Origin: an uncultured bacterium
GTDB lineage: Bacteria > SAR324 > NAC60-12
Direction of reading: 5' to 3'
DNA: 64,000 nucleotides
Assembly (NCBI GenBank): GCA_965662235.1
Contig: CBFIGY010000003.1
Location: 96,001 to 160,000 of the forward strand
The position numbers were made by a program, and so were the translations under genes. Below are positions 47,924-59,524 of the stretch, in pieces; the first letter of the stretch is position 1; each line of letters begins with the position of its first letter. The notes beneath the pieces are model-generated. The model was given only the letters and a program-made list of their open reading frames with translations, searched no databases and was not told where the DNA came from.

Positions 47924-49218
47924 GCCAGAAACGTCCGGACGGCCGACACCACGTTCCACTGTTCATCAACCACATGGAGCAGACGCCAGCGGTCAAAGGT
48001 GGTACACGGATGCGAAATGCCCATGCCCACCAAGTCCCCCACCTTCCATCCGGCCTCTGGAGGAAGCTTCAGGTAGGCATGCTGGTCGTTGAGCGCGGTC
48101 ACCTGATAATGCTCAGGAGCGAGCGCCTGCGGGCAGGTATGACTTCCGGGCTGAAAGTGCAACTCGGGCACGGGCAGGTGGATGTCATAAGACAGGTCGC
48201 GCTTTCCGGCAGTCACCAGCGCCAGACCTGGTTCCGGAAGAGACTGCACCACGCCCCAGACCTGGAGGGCAGGTTCCAGCCCCTTCCCCCACTGCTTGAG
48301 GTCAGGAGACCGCTCGCAGATCTGTTCAAAGAGGTGCCGGTAAAATTCCGAGTCATGGGTTAGGTAGCAGCCGCTCCGCAGAATCCGCACCACCTCCGTG
48401 GCCCCTTCCGGAGCCGAAAGGGACTGCGCCACCAGGTCGTAGTAGTCCGAACCTCCGGCGCTCAAGATCACCGGACCGGGTGCAAACCAGCCTCGTTCCC
48501 AACACGTCTGGGCCAAGCGGTTGAGGGTCTCCATGAATTGCGGAATCGTCACAGCCGAATTCGGACCCCGCAGAACCGCCTCATACGCCTCCAGCCCCCG
48601 GAGCGCCAGGGCGGGAACGTTCTGAAGGTATTCTGCCAACGCCAGCACCTCCTCTTCAGTGCGGCACCCCGTCCGGGCGCCCGGCACCCCGAGTTCCACC
48701 AGCACCCCCAGCCGGAGGCCGTTTCGTGGCTCCGGTGCAGCGGCTGCCAGCTGCTCAACGTTGGCCACTGAGTCCACCAGGCACACGACTTCTAGGTGAG
48801 GAAAGGCCTGAAGCGTGTCCCACAAGCCCGCTCGCTCCTGAGGCCCGACCACCTGGTTTGCAATCAACACCCGCGGAACCCCCCACTGCGCACACAGCCG
48901 CAGCTGGTGAACGTTGGCCACGGTGATTCCCCAGGCGCCATCTTGAAGCTGCAGGTCAAACAGCTGTGGAGCCATGGTGGTCTTGCCGTGCGGAGCCAGC
49001 TTCACCCCAAAGGCCTCAGTAAAGCGACGCATCCATGCGCTGTTGCTCCGGAGGGCGGAGTCCTTCAAGACCGCCACCGGAAAAGGTAGGTCCCCCTGCA
49101 GGAGGTTCCAGCCTTGGGTGCCCAGCGCCTCCAGCGGAAGCGGTGACTGCGTGTAGGGGAAGCCCTTGCAAGATGCATCGACAGGGGCCTGAAGGACTGT
49201 TTCAAGAGAGAGAGGCAT
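47920..49218 (-). CDS. Fold-type III PLP D-amino acid deaminase/dehydratase (DSD1-like)
   Basis: LAPHGKTTMAPQLF, WGIT, ARTGCR, RSGCY.THD, NDQH and SHPCTTFD. Confidence 0.9.
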   Translation of the reverse strand: MPLSLETVLQAPVDASCKGFPYTQSPLPLEALGTQGWNLLQGDLPFPVAVLKDSALRSNSAWMRRFTEAFGVKLAPHGKTTMAPQLFDLQLQDGAWGITVANVHQLRLCAQWGVPRVLIANQVVGPQERAGLWDTLQAFPHLEVVCLVDSVANVEQLAAAAPEPRNGLRLGVLVELGVPGARTGCRTEEEVLALAEYLQNVPALALRGLEAYEAVLRGPNSAVTIPQFMETLNRLAQTCWERGWFAPGPVILSAGGSDYYDLVAQSLSAPEGATEVVRILRSGCYLTHDSEFYRHLFEQICERSPDLKQWGKGLEPALQVWGVVQSLPEPGLALVTAGKRDLSYDIHLPVPELHFQPGSHTCPQALAPEHYQVTALNDQHAYLKLPPEAGWKVGDLVGMGISHPCTTFDRWRLLHVVDEQWNVVSAVRTFLA

Positions 49219-49232
49219 CACGTTTAGAAGGC

Positions 49233-50009
49233 TTAGGTGTGAGTCAGGTCCTGGATCATCCGGAAGCTGCCAGCGGTCAAACCGCCGTCCACTGCCAGCA
49301 CGGCTCCGGTAACAAAGCTGGCGTCATCCGAGGCCAGGAAAGCAATTGCGGCAGCCACCTCCTCCGGCTGCCCAATCCGTCCGAGCGGATACCAGGCACG
49401 GAGCTTTTCAAAGTGCTCCGGATGCACCTCGTAACGGTAGTGATGCACCGGTGTTTGAATGGTTCCAGGCAGCACGGCATTGCAGCGCAGGCCCTGCACG
49501 CCATAGCGGGTGGCGACGTTTTGGGTCAGGGAAATCAACCCTGCTTTGGCCGCACTGTAGGCCGGATTTCCCAGCCCGACCACGGCGTTCACTGAAGAAA
49601 CATTGACAATCGCCCCTCCGGCTTCCAGAGCCGTCACCGCCCGGTGAATCAGGTCAAACTGCGCGTTGAGGTTCAGGTCCACGTCCTCCCGCCACCGCTC
49701 GGAAGTCAGGTCTTCAAAGACATCATAGCGGGAACCACCAGCGTTGTTGACCAACCCCTCCAGGCCCCCAAGATGCTCCAGGGTTTGCTCCCAGGCGGCT
49801 TCCTGACTGGAGGCCTCACGCAGGTCCATCTGAATGAAGCGAACGGGCCCGTGGGTTTTCAGCTCCTGTTCTGTTTTCTCACCGGTAACGTTATTTGCAT
49901 CCCAGAACACCACCTGCGCCCCTTCTTGAAGAAGACGGAGGCAGGTCGCTTTTCCAATTCCGGAAGCGCCTCCGGTGACGATAATTCGCTTATTAACGAA
50001 ACGCGACAT
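49233..50009 (-). CDS. SDR family NAD(P)-dependent oxidoreductase
   Basis: TGGASGIG, VNNAG, YSAAK and DGG. TGATG coupling to the upstream gene. Confidence 0.95.
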   Translation of the reverse strand: MSRFVNKRIIVTGGASGIGKATCLRLLQEGAQVVFWDANNVTGEKTEQELKTHGPVRFIQMDLREASSQEAAWEQTLEHLGGLEGLVNNAGGSRYDVFEDLTSERWREDVDLNLNAQFDLIHRAVTALEAGGAIVNVSSVNAVVGLGNPAYSAAKAGLISLTQNVATRYGVQGLRCNAVLPGTIQTPVHHYRYEVHPEHFEKLRAWYPLGRIGQPEEVAAAIAFLASDDASFVTGAVLAVDGGLTAGSFRMIQDLTHT

Positions 50010-51190
50010 CAGGCCTCCGCATCCAAAAGGGCAAAAGCGGCTCGCACCCACTCCAGTTGCGGCTCGCGCAGAAACCCATAGTTGTAGAAGGCAATTCCTT
50101 CCGGATTCAGAGCCTGCAGTCCTGCGACAGCCTGCAGAACGTCCTCCCGACTCAGCAGGTCCGGATGCGCGGGGCGAAGCACAAACCGCAGCGACGCTTC
50201 CGGACCCAGGCGAGCCCGGACGTCTTCGGCGTCTTGCAGCACCTCCGTTGGCCCAGACTGATAGGTGCAGGAGTCGAGGCCATCCGTGTAAGCCCGGACG
50301 CCCAGAAGGTCGGTGCCTTCATACCAGCACCCTGCTGTTGGACGCTGCACCGTGGGGATCACCCGCAACGCAACCTCCTTGGGGAGCTCACTCCGGAGCC
50401 GCTGCAGCAGCTCATTCACCACCCGGCATCGCATCTTCAGAAACGCCTGTAGCTCCGGATGCGTCAGAACGTCCGCCAGCAGCCAGTGCTGTGCTAGTGC
50501 AGAGTCAGGGACAATGGGATTCTTGAAAAACCGCTCCAGTTCCTGCTGCACCCAGCGCTGCAACGCGTCCACGTCAATGCCGTCTCGCCGCGCCTCTGCC
50601 CGAGAGGCCTCGGAGAAACAGAGGCCCAGCAGAAACTCCGTCCGAGGATCCATTGAGGTGAGGGCAAACTCATGGTGGTACCCATGAGCAAACGGAAGCC
50701 ACCCCGGTGTTTCCAGAGTCACACACGAGACTGCTTCATGCCGGGCCAGGTCCTGACAGAGGTGGAGGGCGTACTCCTGCACCTCCGGGTGCGCCGGACA
50801 GAGGCTGTAGCAGTAGGGATCGCCCCAGGCGTTCCGGGCACAGAGTTCCGGAAAAGCCTGTCCAAGACGCGAGTTATGAAACAGCACCGTCCAGGCCTCC
50901 AGACGCAGCGTCGTCGAGTTCCAGTTCTGAAACAGGTTCAGCTGCGGAACCTGTGAATTCTGGAGCGGCTGCAGGGTTCCGTAGCGAGCCAACTCTGGCT
51001 CAAAGTAAACCGTCCCGTCTTCTGGGAAGTACACCTTGCTGCGTGAGGCACGTGGTCGGAGGAACTTTCCGGCATGGTAGCTTGCGGCCACGGCCACCGA
51101 GGTCGCCCCCAGGGATTCCAGATGCGCCTGTGTTGATTCCGGTCCCTCTTCCTGGAAGTCCCAGGCGTAAGCAAACAGCGTCTTTTCCAT
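50009..51190 (-). CDS. Uncharacterised glycoside hydrolase-like TIM-barrel protein
   Basis: ATG at 51190 coupled to the upstream stop; AYAWD, ASYH, AWTVLFH, LCP.HPEV.EY and FYNYG resemble DUF187/GH-like barrels. Confidence 0.55.
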   Translation of the reverse strand: MEKTLFAYAWDFQEEGPESTQAHLESLGATSVAVAASYHAGKFLRPRASRSKVYFPEDGTVYFEPELARYGTLQPLQNSQVPQLNLFQNWNSTTLRLEAWTVLFHNSRLGQAFPELCARNAWGDPYCYSLCPAHPEVQEYALHLCQDLARHEAVSCVTLETPGWLPFAHGYHHEFALTSMDPRTEFLLGLCFSEASRAEARRDGIDVDALQRWVQQELERFFKNPIVPDSALAQHWLLADVLTHPELQAFLKMRCRVVNELLQRLRSELPKEVALRVIPTVQRPTAGCWYEGTDLLGVRAYTDGLDSCTYQSGPTEVLQDAEDVRARLGPEASLRFVLRPAHPDLLSREDVLQAVAGLQALNPEGIAFYNYGFLREPQLEWVRAAFALLDAEA

Positions 51191-52335
51191 CACACAGACT
51201 CCGGCCAGGGGGTTCCCGCCAGAATCATCTGCTGCAACGCCAGCCGCTGCGTGCCCTTCATTTCCTGCCCCTTCACGTCTCGGTAAAGGAACTCGCCCTC
51301 TTCCAGCTTCAGGAGTGCTACATCCGCCTGCGCCCCCTCCTGCAGGGTTCCGAGGTCGGGGCGACGGAGGATGGACGCGGGAGTCGCGGTCACCTTCCGG
51401 AGCGCCTCCAGCAAAGGAACCCCTAGGCACAGGAACTTGGACACAGTCACCAGCACATCAAACGCCGGCCCGTTGACGCTGAGCACGTGTGCGTCACTGC
51501 TGACGGTGTCTGGCTCAAAGCCGTCGGCGAGCATCTCCTGTGCAACCTCAAAGGAAAGCGCGCCCATGCCGTGCCCGACATCAAACAGCACTCCACGTTC
51601 CCGAGCCTGACGAACGGAGTCCCGGGCCTTTCCGTCTGGCGCCACTAGGGAGTTCGGAAAGGGACGGAAGCAGTGCGTGAGGATGTCTCCGGGACGCAGG
51701 AGCGCCAAAATCTCTTCTCGTCCGGGCGGTGGAAAGTCGATGTGGGTCATCACCGGCAAGCCCAGTTCTTCTGCGGCTTCCAAGGCCACCAGCAGCGGAG
51801 CCAGTCCCGCGTTGCCCCCCGCGTTGCGTCCGACTCGAACCTTGATCCCAACAATGCTCTCCGGGAACTGACGTCCCACAGCGACGCACTCCTCAGCATT
51901 CAGCAGGCGCAGGTCCTCGCACTCGGGCGCCATGACCTTTTCACTGAAACCGAAGATGCCGGCAAACGAGACATTGAGGAAGGCAAAGAACCGGAGGGGA
52001 GAGGCATCGGCAATGAAACGTTGAAAACCGGCGTAATTTCCGGGCCCAGCGCTGCCAGCGTCCACAAACGTGGTGGTCCCGCTTCGGCGAGCAATGGGCT
52101 CCGCCTCCACCCCCAGTGACGTTCCCCCCCAGTAAACGTGGGTGTGAAGGTCGATCAAACCCGGTACCACCAACTGACCGGAGACGTCCCAAACGGTCTC
52201 GGCCTCCGAGGGGTCCAAGTCGGGTCCCACGGCCACCACGCGCCCTCCGGCAATTCCCACATCCCACTCTGCATCTAAGTGAACCGCTGGGTCAATCAGC
52301 CGTCCCCCCTTTAAGAGCAATTCAATCCGCTTCAC
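51190..52335 (-). CDS. Amidohydrolase/deacetylase family metallohydrolase (dihydroorotase-like)
   Basis: PGLIDLHTH, VDAGSAG, GIKVR, MTH, LTHC, DVGHG and SSD.H. GTG start at 52335. Confidence 0.9.
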   Translation of the reverse strand: MKRIELLLKGGRLIDPAVHLDAEWDVGIAGGRVVAVGPDLDPSEAETVWDVSGQLVVPGLIDLHTHVYWGGTSLGVEAEPIARRSGTTTFVDAGSAGPGNYAGFQRFIADASPLRFFAFLNVSFAGIFGFSEKVMAPECEDLRLLNAEECVAVGRQFPESIVGIKVRVGRNAGGNAGLAPLLVALEAAEELGLPVMTHIDFPPPGREEILALLRPGDILTHCFRPFPNSLVAPDGKARDSVRQARERGVLFDVGHGMGALSFEVAQEMLADGFEPDTVSSDAHVLSVNGPAFDVLVTVSKFLCLGVPLLEALRKVTATPASILRRPDLGTLQEGAQADVALLKLEEGEFLYRDVKGQEMKGTQRLALQQMILAGTPWPESV

Positions 52336-53043
52336 AGCCCCCTTTTTCCAAGTCGTTGATGCCGCTTTCTTCCATCGGCAGATGATGTTATCGATACCAT
52401 GACGGGAAATCAAGAAAACAAATGTGGAGCGGTCGGGCTCTGGACGGGGTAAAGGAGCTTGAGCGCGGCAAAGGAAAGCGGTTGCCAAGGCCGCCTACTG
52501 TTCTTCACTTTTAAAAACTTCACCTGACAAAATCAACCCCCTTAAAAAACATCTGTAAAATTATAATAAACAAAAAATAACTTTAGTTTTATTTTATTTA
52601 CAATTGTAAAAATTAAAAATCCATCAGCATCTTAGTTTGTTAAGGAGTCTCCCGAGAGACTCTCCAAACGGGCCATACTTCCCTCAGGCCTCGAAGCCGC
52701 TGGAGAAACCGGGTTCCGGCCCTGCGTCTTCTGCCTTCGGAAGAATCCCCCTTGTGGTTATCCGGTTTTCCCGGAAGAATCGAAGGCTGCTTGAGTTCCC
52801 GAAACAGGCCGAAACAAGAGCCTCTCACGGACATCTCTGGCAAATGTATTTTTTTCTTGCAAATGTTCAAACCCTCCCAGAGAATAAAGCGCCTGTCCCA
52901 AAACAATGGTGAATGAGCCATCCGCAAACTGAGGATAGTTAAGGTCACTGAAGGCAAGCATTTTGGTGACAACCGAGCGAGCCCTTCTAAAGAAGCGGTT
53001 CGTGTGACGGAGTGGGTGTTCAGCCTGGAGGAGAAACGGAGTC

Positions 53044-54129
53044 ATGACACTAAAGTTGGAGGGAGTCTCGAAGAGTGTGGAGGGTCAGCCCCACATTTAC
53101 GAGACCAGTCTGGAATTGCAAAAGGGGACCATGAATGTCCTCTTGGGGCCCACCTCTTCCGGGAAGACCTCGCTCATGCGCCTGATGGCAGGGCTGGACG
53201 TGCCCAACACGGGGAAGATTTACTGGGAGGGGCAGGACGTCACCGGGCAGCGGGTGCAGGACCGCAAGGTGGCGATGGTCTATCAGCAGTTCATCAATTA
53301 TCCCTCCATGACGGTTTATGAGAACATTGCGTCTCCGCTCCGACTGCTGGGACAGCGGCCTCAGGAGGTTGATGCCGCGGTGCGCAAGACAGCGGACCTC
53401 ATGAAGCTGACCCCGATGCTCGACCGCAAGCCCTTGGAACTTTCCGGAGGACAGCAGCAACGGTGCGCGCTGGCCCGAGCGTTGGTCAAGAACGCTGGCC
53501 TTGTCCTGCTGGATGAACCCCTTGCCAACCTCGACTACAAACTCCGGGAAGAGCTGCGGGCGGAAATTCCCCGCATCTTTGAAGAGTCCGGATCCATCTT
53601 TGTGTACGCGACCACCGAGCCAGAAGAAGCGCTGCTGCTTGGAGGCAACACAGCGACCCTGTGGGAAGGACGCGTGACCCAGTTTGGCCTCACGCCGCAG
53701 GTCTACCGCAAGCCCACCGATGCCGTAACCGCCCGGGTTTTTTCAGACCCGCCCATGAACTTCATCCCGATCACCAAGTCCGGAAATCAGGTTGCTTTTG
53801 GCAGCCGGCAGCACAACGCGACCCCGAGCTTGGCGTCCCTTTCGGATGGCCAGTACCTTGCTGGGTTCCGCCCCAACCACCTCAAGCTGAAGCCCACCGT
53901 CAGTGAGGCCATGGAGTTTCAGACCACCCTGAGCGTCACGGAAATTACCGGCTCCGAAACCTTTGTCCATTTGGATTACGAGGGGAACCGTTGGATTGGG
54001 CTGGTGCATGGCATCCAGAACCTCGAGATCGGCCAGACCCTTCCGGTCTTTCTGGACCCAGCTTACGTTTACACGTTCACCCCAGATGGGACCCTGGTTG
54101 CTCCAGCCCCTTACGCGGAGGTTGCATAA
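53044..54129 (+). CDS. glpS: Glycerol-type ABC transporter ATPase 1
   Basis: GPTSSGKT, VYQQFINYPS, LSGGQQQR, DEPLANLDYKLRE and YATTEP; first gene of a glpSTPQUV-like order. Confidence 0.85.
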   Translation: MTLKLEGVSKSVEGQPHIYETSLELQKGTMNVLLGPTSSGKTSLMRLMAGLDVPNTGKIYWEGQDVTGQRVQDRKVAMVYQQFINYPSMTVYENIASPLRLLGQRPQEVDAAVRKTADLMKLTPMLDRKPLELSGGQQQRCALARALVKNAGLVLLDEPLANLDYKLREELRAEIPRIFEESGSIFVYATTEPEEALLLGGNTATLWEGRVTQFGLTPQVYRKPTDAVTARVFSDPPMNFIPITKSGNQVAFGSRQHNATPSLASLSDGQYLAGFRPNHLKLKPTVSEAMEFQTTLSVTEITGSETFVHLDYEGNRWIGLVHGIQNLEIGQTLPVFLDPAYVYTFTPDGTLVAPAPYAEVA

Positions 54130-54132
54130 CTC

Positions 54133-55218
54133 ATGGCTAAGATCACGCTGGATAACCTCGCCCACTCGTACCTGCCTCATCCCACCTCTGAAGACGATTT
54201 CGCTCTCAAGGACCTCAACCACGACTGGGCCGATGGAGAGGCGTACGCGCTCCTCGGGCCATCCGGATGTGGCAAGTCCACGCTTCTCAACATCATTTCG
54301 GGGCTGCTGTTCCCCAGTCAGGGACGCATCCTGTTTGATGGCGTTGATGTCACGCAGGCTCCCACTGCCGATCGCAACATTGCTCAGGTCTTTCAGTTCC
54401 CGGTGGTTTACGACACGATGACCGTGCGGGACAACCTGGCCTTTCCCCTCCGGAACCGCGGCTCTGACGCCCAGTACATCCGGGAGCGTGTGAACCAGGT
54501 GGCACAGATGATTGGCATGGAGGCAGAACTGGACCGCAAGGCCCGGGGCCTTACGGCAGATGCCAAGCAGAAGATTTCCCTCGGACGCGGCATGGTCCGG
54601 GAAGACGTGAACGCGCTTCTCTTTGATGAACCGCTGACCGTGATCGATCCGCACATGAAGTGGGAACTCCGGACGCAGCTGAAGTCGCTGCACCTGCAGT
54701 TTCAGCACACAATGATCTACGTGACCCACGATCAGACCGAAGCATTGACCTTTGCCGATAAGGTTGTGGTCATGTACGACGGACGAGTCGTGCAGATCGG
54801 CACGCCTCAGGAGCTGTTTGAGCGTCCGGCTCACACCTTCGTCGGTTACTTCATCGGTTCCCCAGGCATGAACCTCTTTGACTTGGAGCTAGATGGCAAC
54901 TGCGCGTATGTGGCGGGGACCCAGGTTGACCTGAACGCCACCTACTCCAGCCCGTCAGGCAAGCTGCAGCTGGGAGTCCGTCCGGACTTCATCCGCTTGA
55001 CCCAAGACGCCGACGGCATCCCGGCCAAGATCGTCCGGGTGGAAGACGTAGGGCGGCACAAGATCATCCGCCTAGAGGTCAATGGACAGAGTGTGAATGC
55101 CATTGCTGAGGAAGGTCAGGAGATCTCAGCCGACGCCCAGCGGGTGAAGTTTCTCCCAGAGGGCCTCAATGTGTATGCGGATGACTGGCGCTTAACGCCT
55201 GAAGGAGAGTCCAAGTAA
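54133..55218 (+). CDS. glpT: Glycerol-type ABC transporter ATPase 2
   Basis: GPSGCGKS, AQVFQFPVVY, GLTADAKQKISLGRG, FDEPLTVIDPH and YVTHDQ. Confidence 0.85.
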   Translation: MAKITLDNLAHSYLPHPTSEDDFALKDLNHDWADGEAYALLGPSGCGKSTLLNIISGLLFPSQGRILFDGVDVTQAPTADRNIAQVFQFPVVYDTMTVRDNLAFPLRNRGSDAQYIRERVNQVAQMIGMEAELDRKARGLTADAKQKISLGRGMVREDVNALLFDEPLTVIDPHMKWELRTQLKSLHLQFQHTMIYVTHDQTEALTFADKVVVMYDGRVVQIGTPQELFERPAHTFVGYFIGSPGMNLFDLELDGNCAYVAGTQVDLNATYSSPSGKLQLGVRPDFIRLTQDADGIPAKIVRVEDVGRHKIIRLEVNGQSVNAIAEEGQEISADAQRVKFLPEGLNVYADDWRLTPEGESK

Positions 55219-56087
55219 TGAATAAAACGGTTAATCAAAAGGCGTGGTTCCTGGTGCTTCCGGTGTTGATACTGGTTGCCTTCTCTGCGGTGATTCCCCT
55301 CATGACCGTCGTCAACTATTCGGTCCAGGACACCTTTGGGAACAACAAGTTCTTCTGGGCTGGGCTGGAGTGGTTTCAGGAGATGCTCGATTCGGAGCGC
55401 ATGTGGAATGCCCTGGGACGGCAGCTGGCCTTCTCGGCAATCATCCTCGCCATTGAAATTCCCCTCGGCATCTATGTGGCGCTGCACATGCCCAAGCGTG
55501 GATTCTGGGCCAGCTTCTGTTTGGTGATCATGTCCCTGCCTCTGCTGATTCCGTGGAACGTTGTTGGCACGATCTGGCAGATCTTTGGGCGGGTGGACAT
55601 TGGCCTGCTTGGCTACACCCTCAATCAGGCTGGAATCCCGTACAACTACACGCAGGACTTCTTTGCCGCCTGGACGACCCTGATCGTCATGGACGTCTGG
55701 CACTGGACTTCCCTGGTCGCCTTGCTCGCGTATGCGGGGCTGCAGTCCATTCCGGAAGCGTACTACCAGGCCGCCAAAATCGACCAGGCTTCTCGCTGGA
55801 AGGTCTTCCGCTACATTGAACTCCCGAAAATGTCCGGGGTTCTGATGATCGCCATCCTGCTGCGGTTCATGGACAGCTTCATGATCTACACGGAGCCGTT
55901 TGTTGTCACTGGAGGAGGACCGGGCAACGACACGACCTTCCTGTCCATCGATTTGGTGAAAATGGCTCTGGGGCAGTTTGACCTTGGTCCGGCAGCCGCC
56001 TTCTCGATCATGTACTTCCTCGTCATCCTTTTGATTTCGTGGGTGTTTTACATCGTAATGACGAATCTGGACAAGCAGGAAAACTAG
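55218..56087 (+). CDS. glpP: ABC transporter permease 1
   Basis: Six TM helices, EAA-like loop YYQAAKIDQAS and LLRFMDSF. Confidence 0.85.
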   Translation: MNKTVNQKAWFLVLPVLILVAFSAVIPLMTVVNYSVQDTFGNNKFFWAGLEWFQEMLDSERMWNALGRQLAFSAIILAIEIPLGIYVALHMPKRGFWASFCLVIMSLPLLIPWNVVGTIWQIFGRVDIGLLGYTLNQAGIPYNYTQDFFAAWTTLIVMDVWHWTSLVALLAYAGLQSIPEAYYQAAKIDQASRWKVFRYIELPKMSGVLMIAILLRFMDSFMIYTEPFVVTGGGPGNDTTFLSIDLVKMALGQFDLGPAAAFSIMYFLVILLISWVFYIVMTNLDKQEN

Positions 56088-56132
56088 CCGTATGTCCGAT
56101 TCTTCTTGGTCCTTTTGTTGGAGAAGCATCTC

Positions 56133-56954
56133 ATGAGTAAGCCGGCCGGCAACGCCCGTACCCAGTCTCCTGTGGTCATTGCCCTCTACCTGATCTTCCT
56201 GATGCTGCCGATCTACTGGCTCCTCAACATGAGCCTGAAGACCAACACCGAGATCCTAGGCGAGATCACCCTGTGGCCTCAGGACCTGACGCTGGACAAC
56301 TACGTTACCATCCTCACCGATGCCAGCTGGTACATGGGCTACGTCAACTCCCTGATCTACGTATTGCTCAACACCGTGATCAGCGTGGTGGTGGCGCTGC
56401 CTGCAGCCTATGCGTTTTCACGCTACAGCTTCATGGGAGACAAGCACCTGTTCTTCTGGCTCCTGACCAACCGGATGGCGCCTCCGGCAGTGTTTGCGCT
56501 GCCCTTCTTTCAGCTCTACTCATCGGTTGGACTCTTTGACACCCACATTGCGGTGGCCTTAGCCCACTGCCTCTTCAATATCCCACTTGCGGTCTGGATT
56601 CTGGAAGGCTTCATGCGGGGGGTTCCCAAGGAGATCGACGAGACGGCTTACATCGACGGCTACAGCTTTGGGCGCTTCTTTGGACGCATCTTCATGCCCC
56701 TCATTGCCTCCGGAGTCGGGGTGGTGGCCTTCTTCTGCTTCATGTTTTCATGGGTGGAGCTGCTGCTCTCCCGAACCCTCACCACGGTGGACGCCAAGCC
56801 CATCTCCGCCATCATGACCCGAACGCAGGGCGCCTCCGGAATCGACTGGGGGGTGCTGGCTGCAGCCGGAGTCCTGACCATTGTCCCCGGAGCCTTGGTG
56901 ATCTACTTCGTTCGCAACTACATCGCCAAGGGCTTTGCCCTCGGGCGGGTCTAA
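56133..56954 (+). CDS. glpQ: ABC transporter permease 2
   Basis: EIDETAYIDG, NRMAPPAVF and C-terminal AKGFALGRV. Confidence 0.85.
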   Translation: MSKPAGNARTQSPVVIALYLIFLMLPIYWLLNMSLKTNTEILGEITLWPQDLTLDNYVTILTDASWYMGYVNSLIYVLLNTVISVVVALPAAYAFSRYSFMGDKHLFFWLLTNRMAPPAVFALPFFQLYSSVGLFDTHIAVALAHCLFNIPLAVWILEGFMRGVPKEIDETAYIDGYSFGRFFGRIFMPLIASGVGVVAFFCFMFSWVELLLSRTLTTVDAKPISAIMTRTQGASGIDWGVLAAAGVLTIVPGALVIYFVRNYIAKGFALGRV

Positions 56955-56976
56955 CCAGCTAAAGGAGTCCCCTCTC

Positions 56977-57249
56977 ATGGAATGGATGGCGTGGACGGTA
57001 CCGACGGCAATCTTCTTTGCGGTCATTGCTTCCCTTCTTGTGACCTTTACTGTGTTGGCCATTAAGTTTCCGGAGACGCCCCGCGTGGGCATCCTCCGCA
57101 TTGAGACCACCCGTGGTGACCGATTGTTCATCACGCTTCTCGGGTCAGCCTTCATCAATTTGATCTGGCTGGGCTTTGAGGTGGGTCCGCAGCCGTATGC
57201 GCTGCTGGCATGCCTGGTTTACGCTGGAGCGGTGTTCCGCTGGGTGTAA
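56977..57249 (+). CDS. glpU: DUF2160 small membrane subunit
   Basis: MEWMAWT.PT..FF, TTRGDRLFI.LL and C-terminal FRWV; RBS AAGGAG. Confidence 0.85.
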   Translation: MEWMAWTVPTAIFFAVIASLLVTFTVLAIKFPETPRVGILRIETTRGDRLFITLLGSAFINLIWLGFEVGPQPYALLACLVYAGAVFRWV

Positions 57250-57336
57250 CCGAAACATGGGGAGCGCGTTGGAGATGTCCTCCACGCTTCCTTGGTGTTA
57301 TCATCAATTCCTAAATCGATAGGGAGGAGAGAGTCA

Positions 57337-59058
<1,722 letters not shown>

Positions 59059-59070
59059 GCCCTTAAGACG

Positions 59071-59098
59071 AAGCCGAGGCGTTCTGCCTCGGCTTTTT
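59071..59098 (+). terminator. Rho-independent terminator of the glp operon
   Basis: AAGCCGAGGC-GTTCT-GCCTCGGCTT followed by TTT; perfect 10-bp stem 12 nt after the stop codon. Confidence 0.9.
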
Positions 59099-59524
59099 CC
59101 CCTGCGCCGTCACACAGGCGGCGTCCTCCCTTTTTCCGTACCCGTCTCCCCCCTCAGCAGCCTCAGGTTGTCCCTCGACTCTTCTTGGGCAATGCCGTCA
59201 AGGTCTCGCAAGTTAACCTCCGTGACGCCTGACGGAATCCACCTGTGCTCATTTTCATGCTCGTTTGTCCGAAAATGTCCGAAAACTTGGAATTGAAAGG
59301 TTTTTCAAATTAAAAACGGGCCTTACATTTTGGAAAAAACCCAGTCATCATGGAGATGAGCCCGTGAGTTTCGAGAAAAACCACCGTCCTCTCTGAAAAT
59401 CACTGAGGTGTCCGTCTCCTTCTGATGAGACCCAACTGAAGGTCCGTCCTTCTTCCCTCTCCGGCAACGAGCCCGGTGCGCTCCGGCGCGATGTGTCAAC
59501 TTTCGTTTCAACCAAGAGGTCGTG

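Noticed and set aside
51190..52488. Extended N-termini in the ORF track (52488, 51430, 50051, 47959, 23114, 17871, 3885)
   Set aside because: Downstream starts with an RBS, stop-start coupling or family-typical N-termini fit better.
52838..52860. Sigma54 promoter (TGGCA...TTGC) upstream of glpS
   Set aside because: The spacing between the GG and GC elements is far longer than the required -24/-12 geometry.
59422..59450. Hammerhead ribozyme-like CTGATGA followed by a GACC/GGTC stem
   Set aside because: The required GAAA after stem II is absent (CGTC follows), and stems I and III are not evident.
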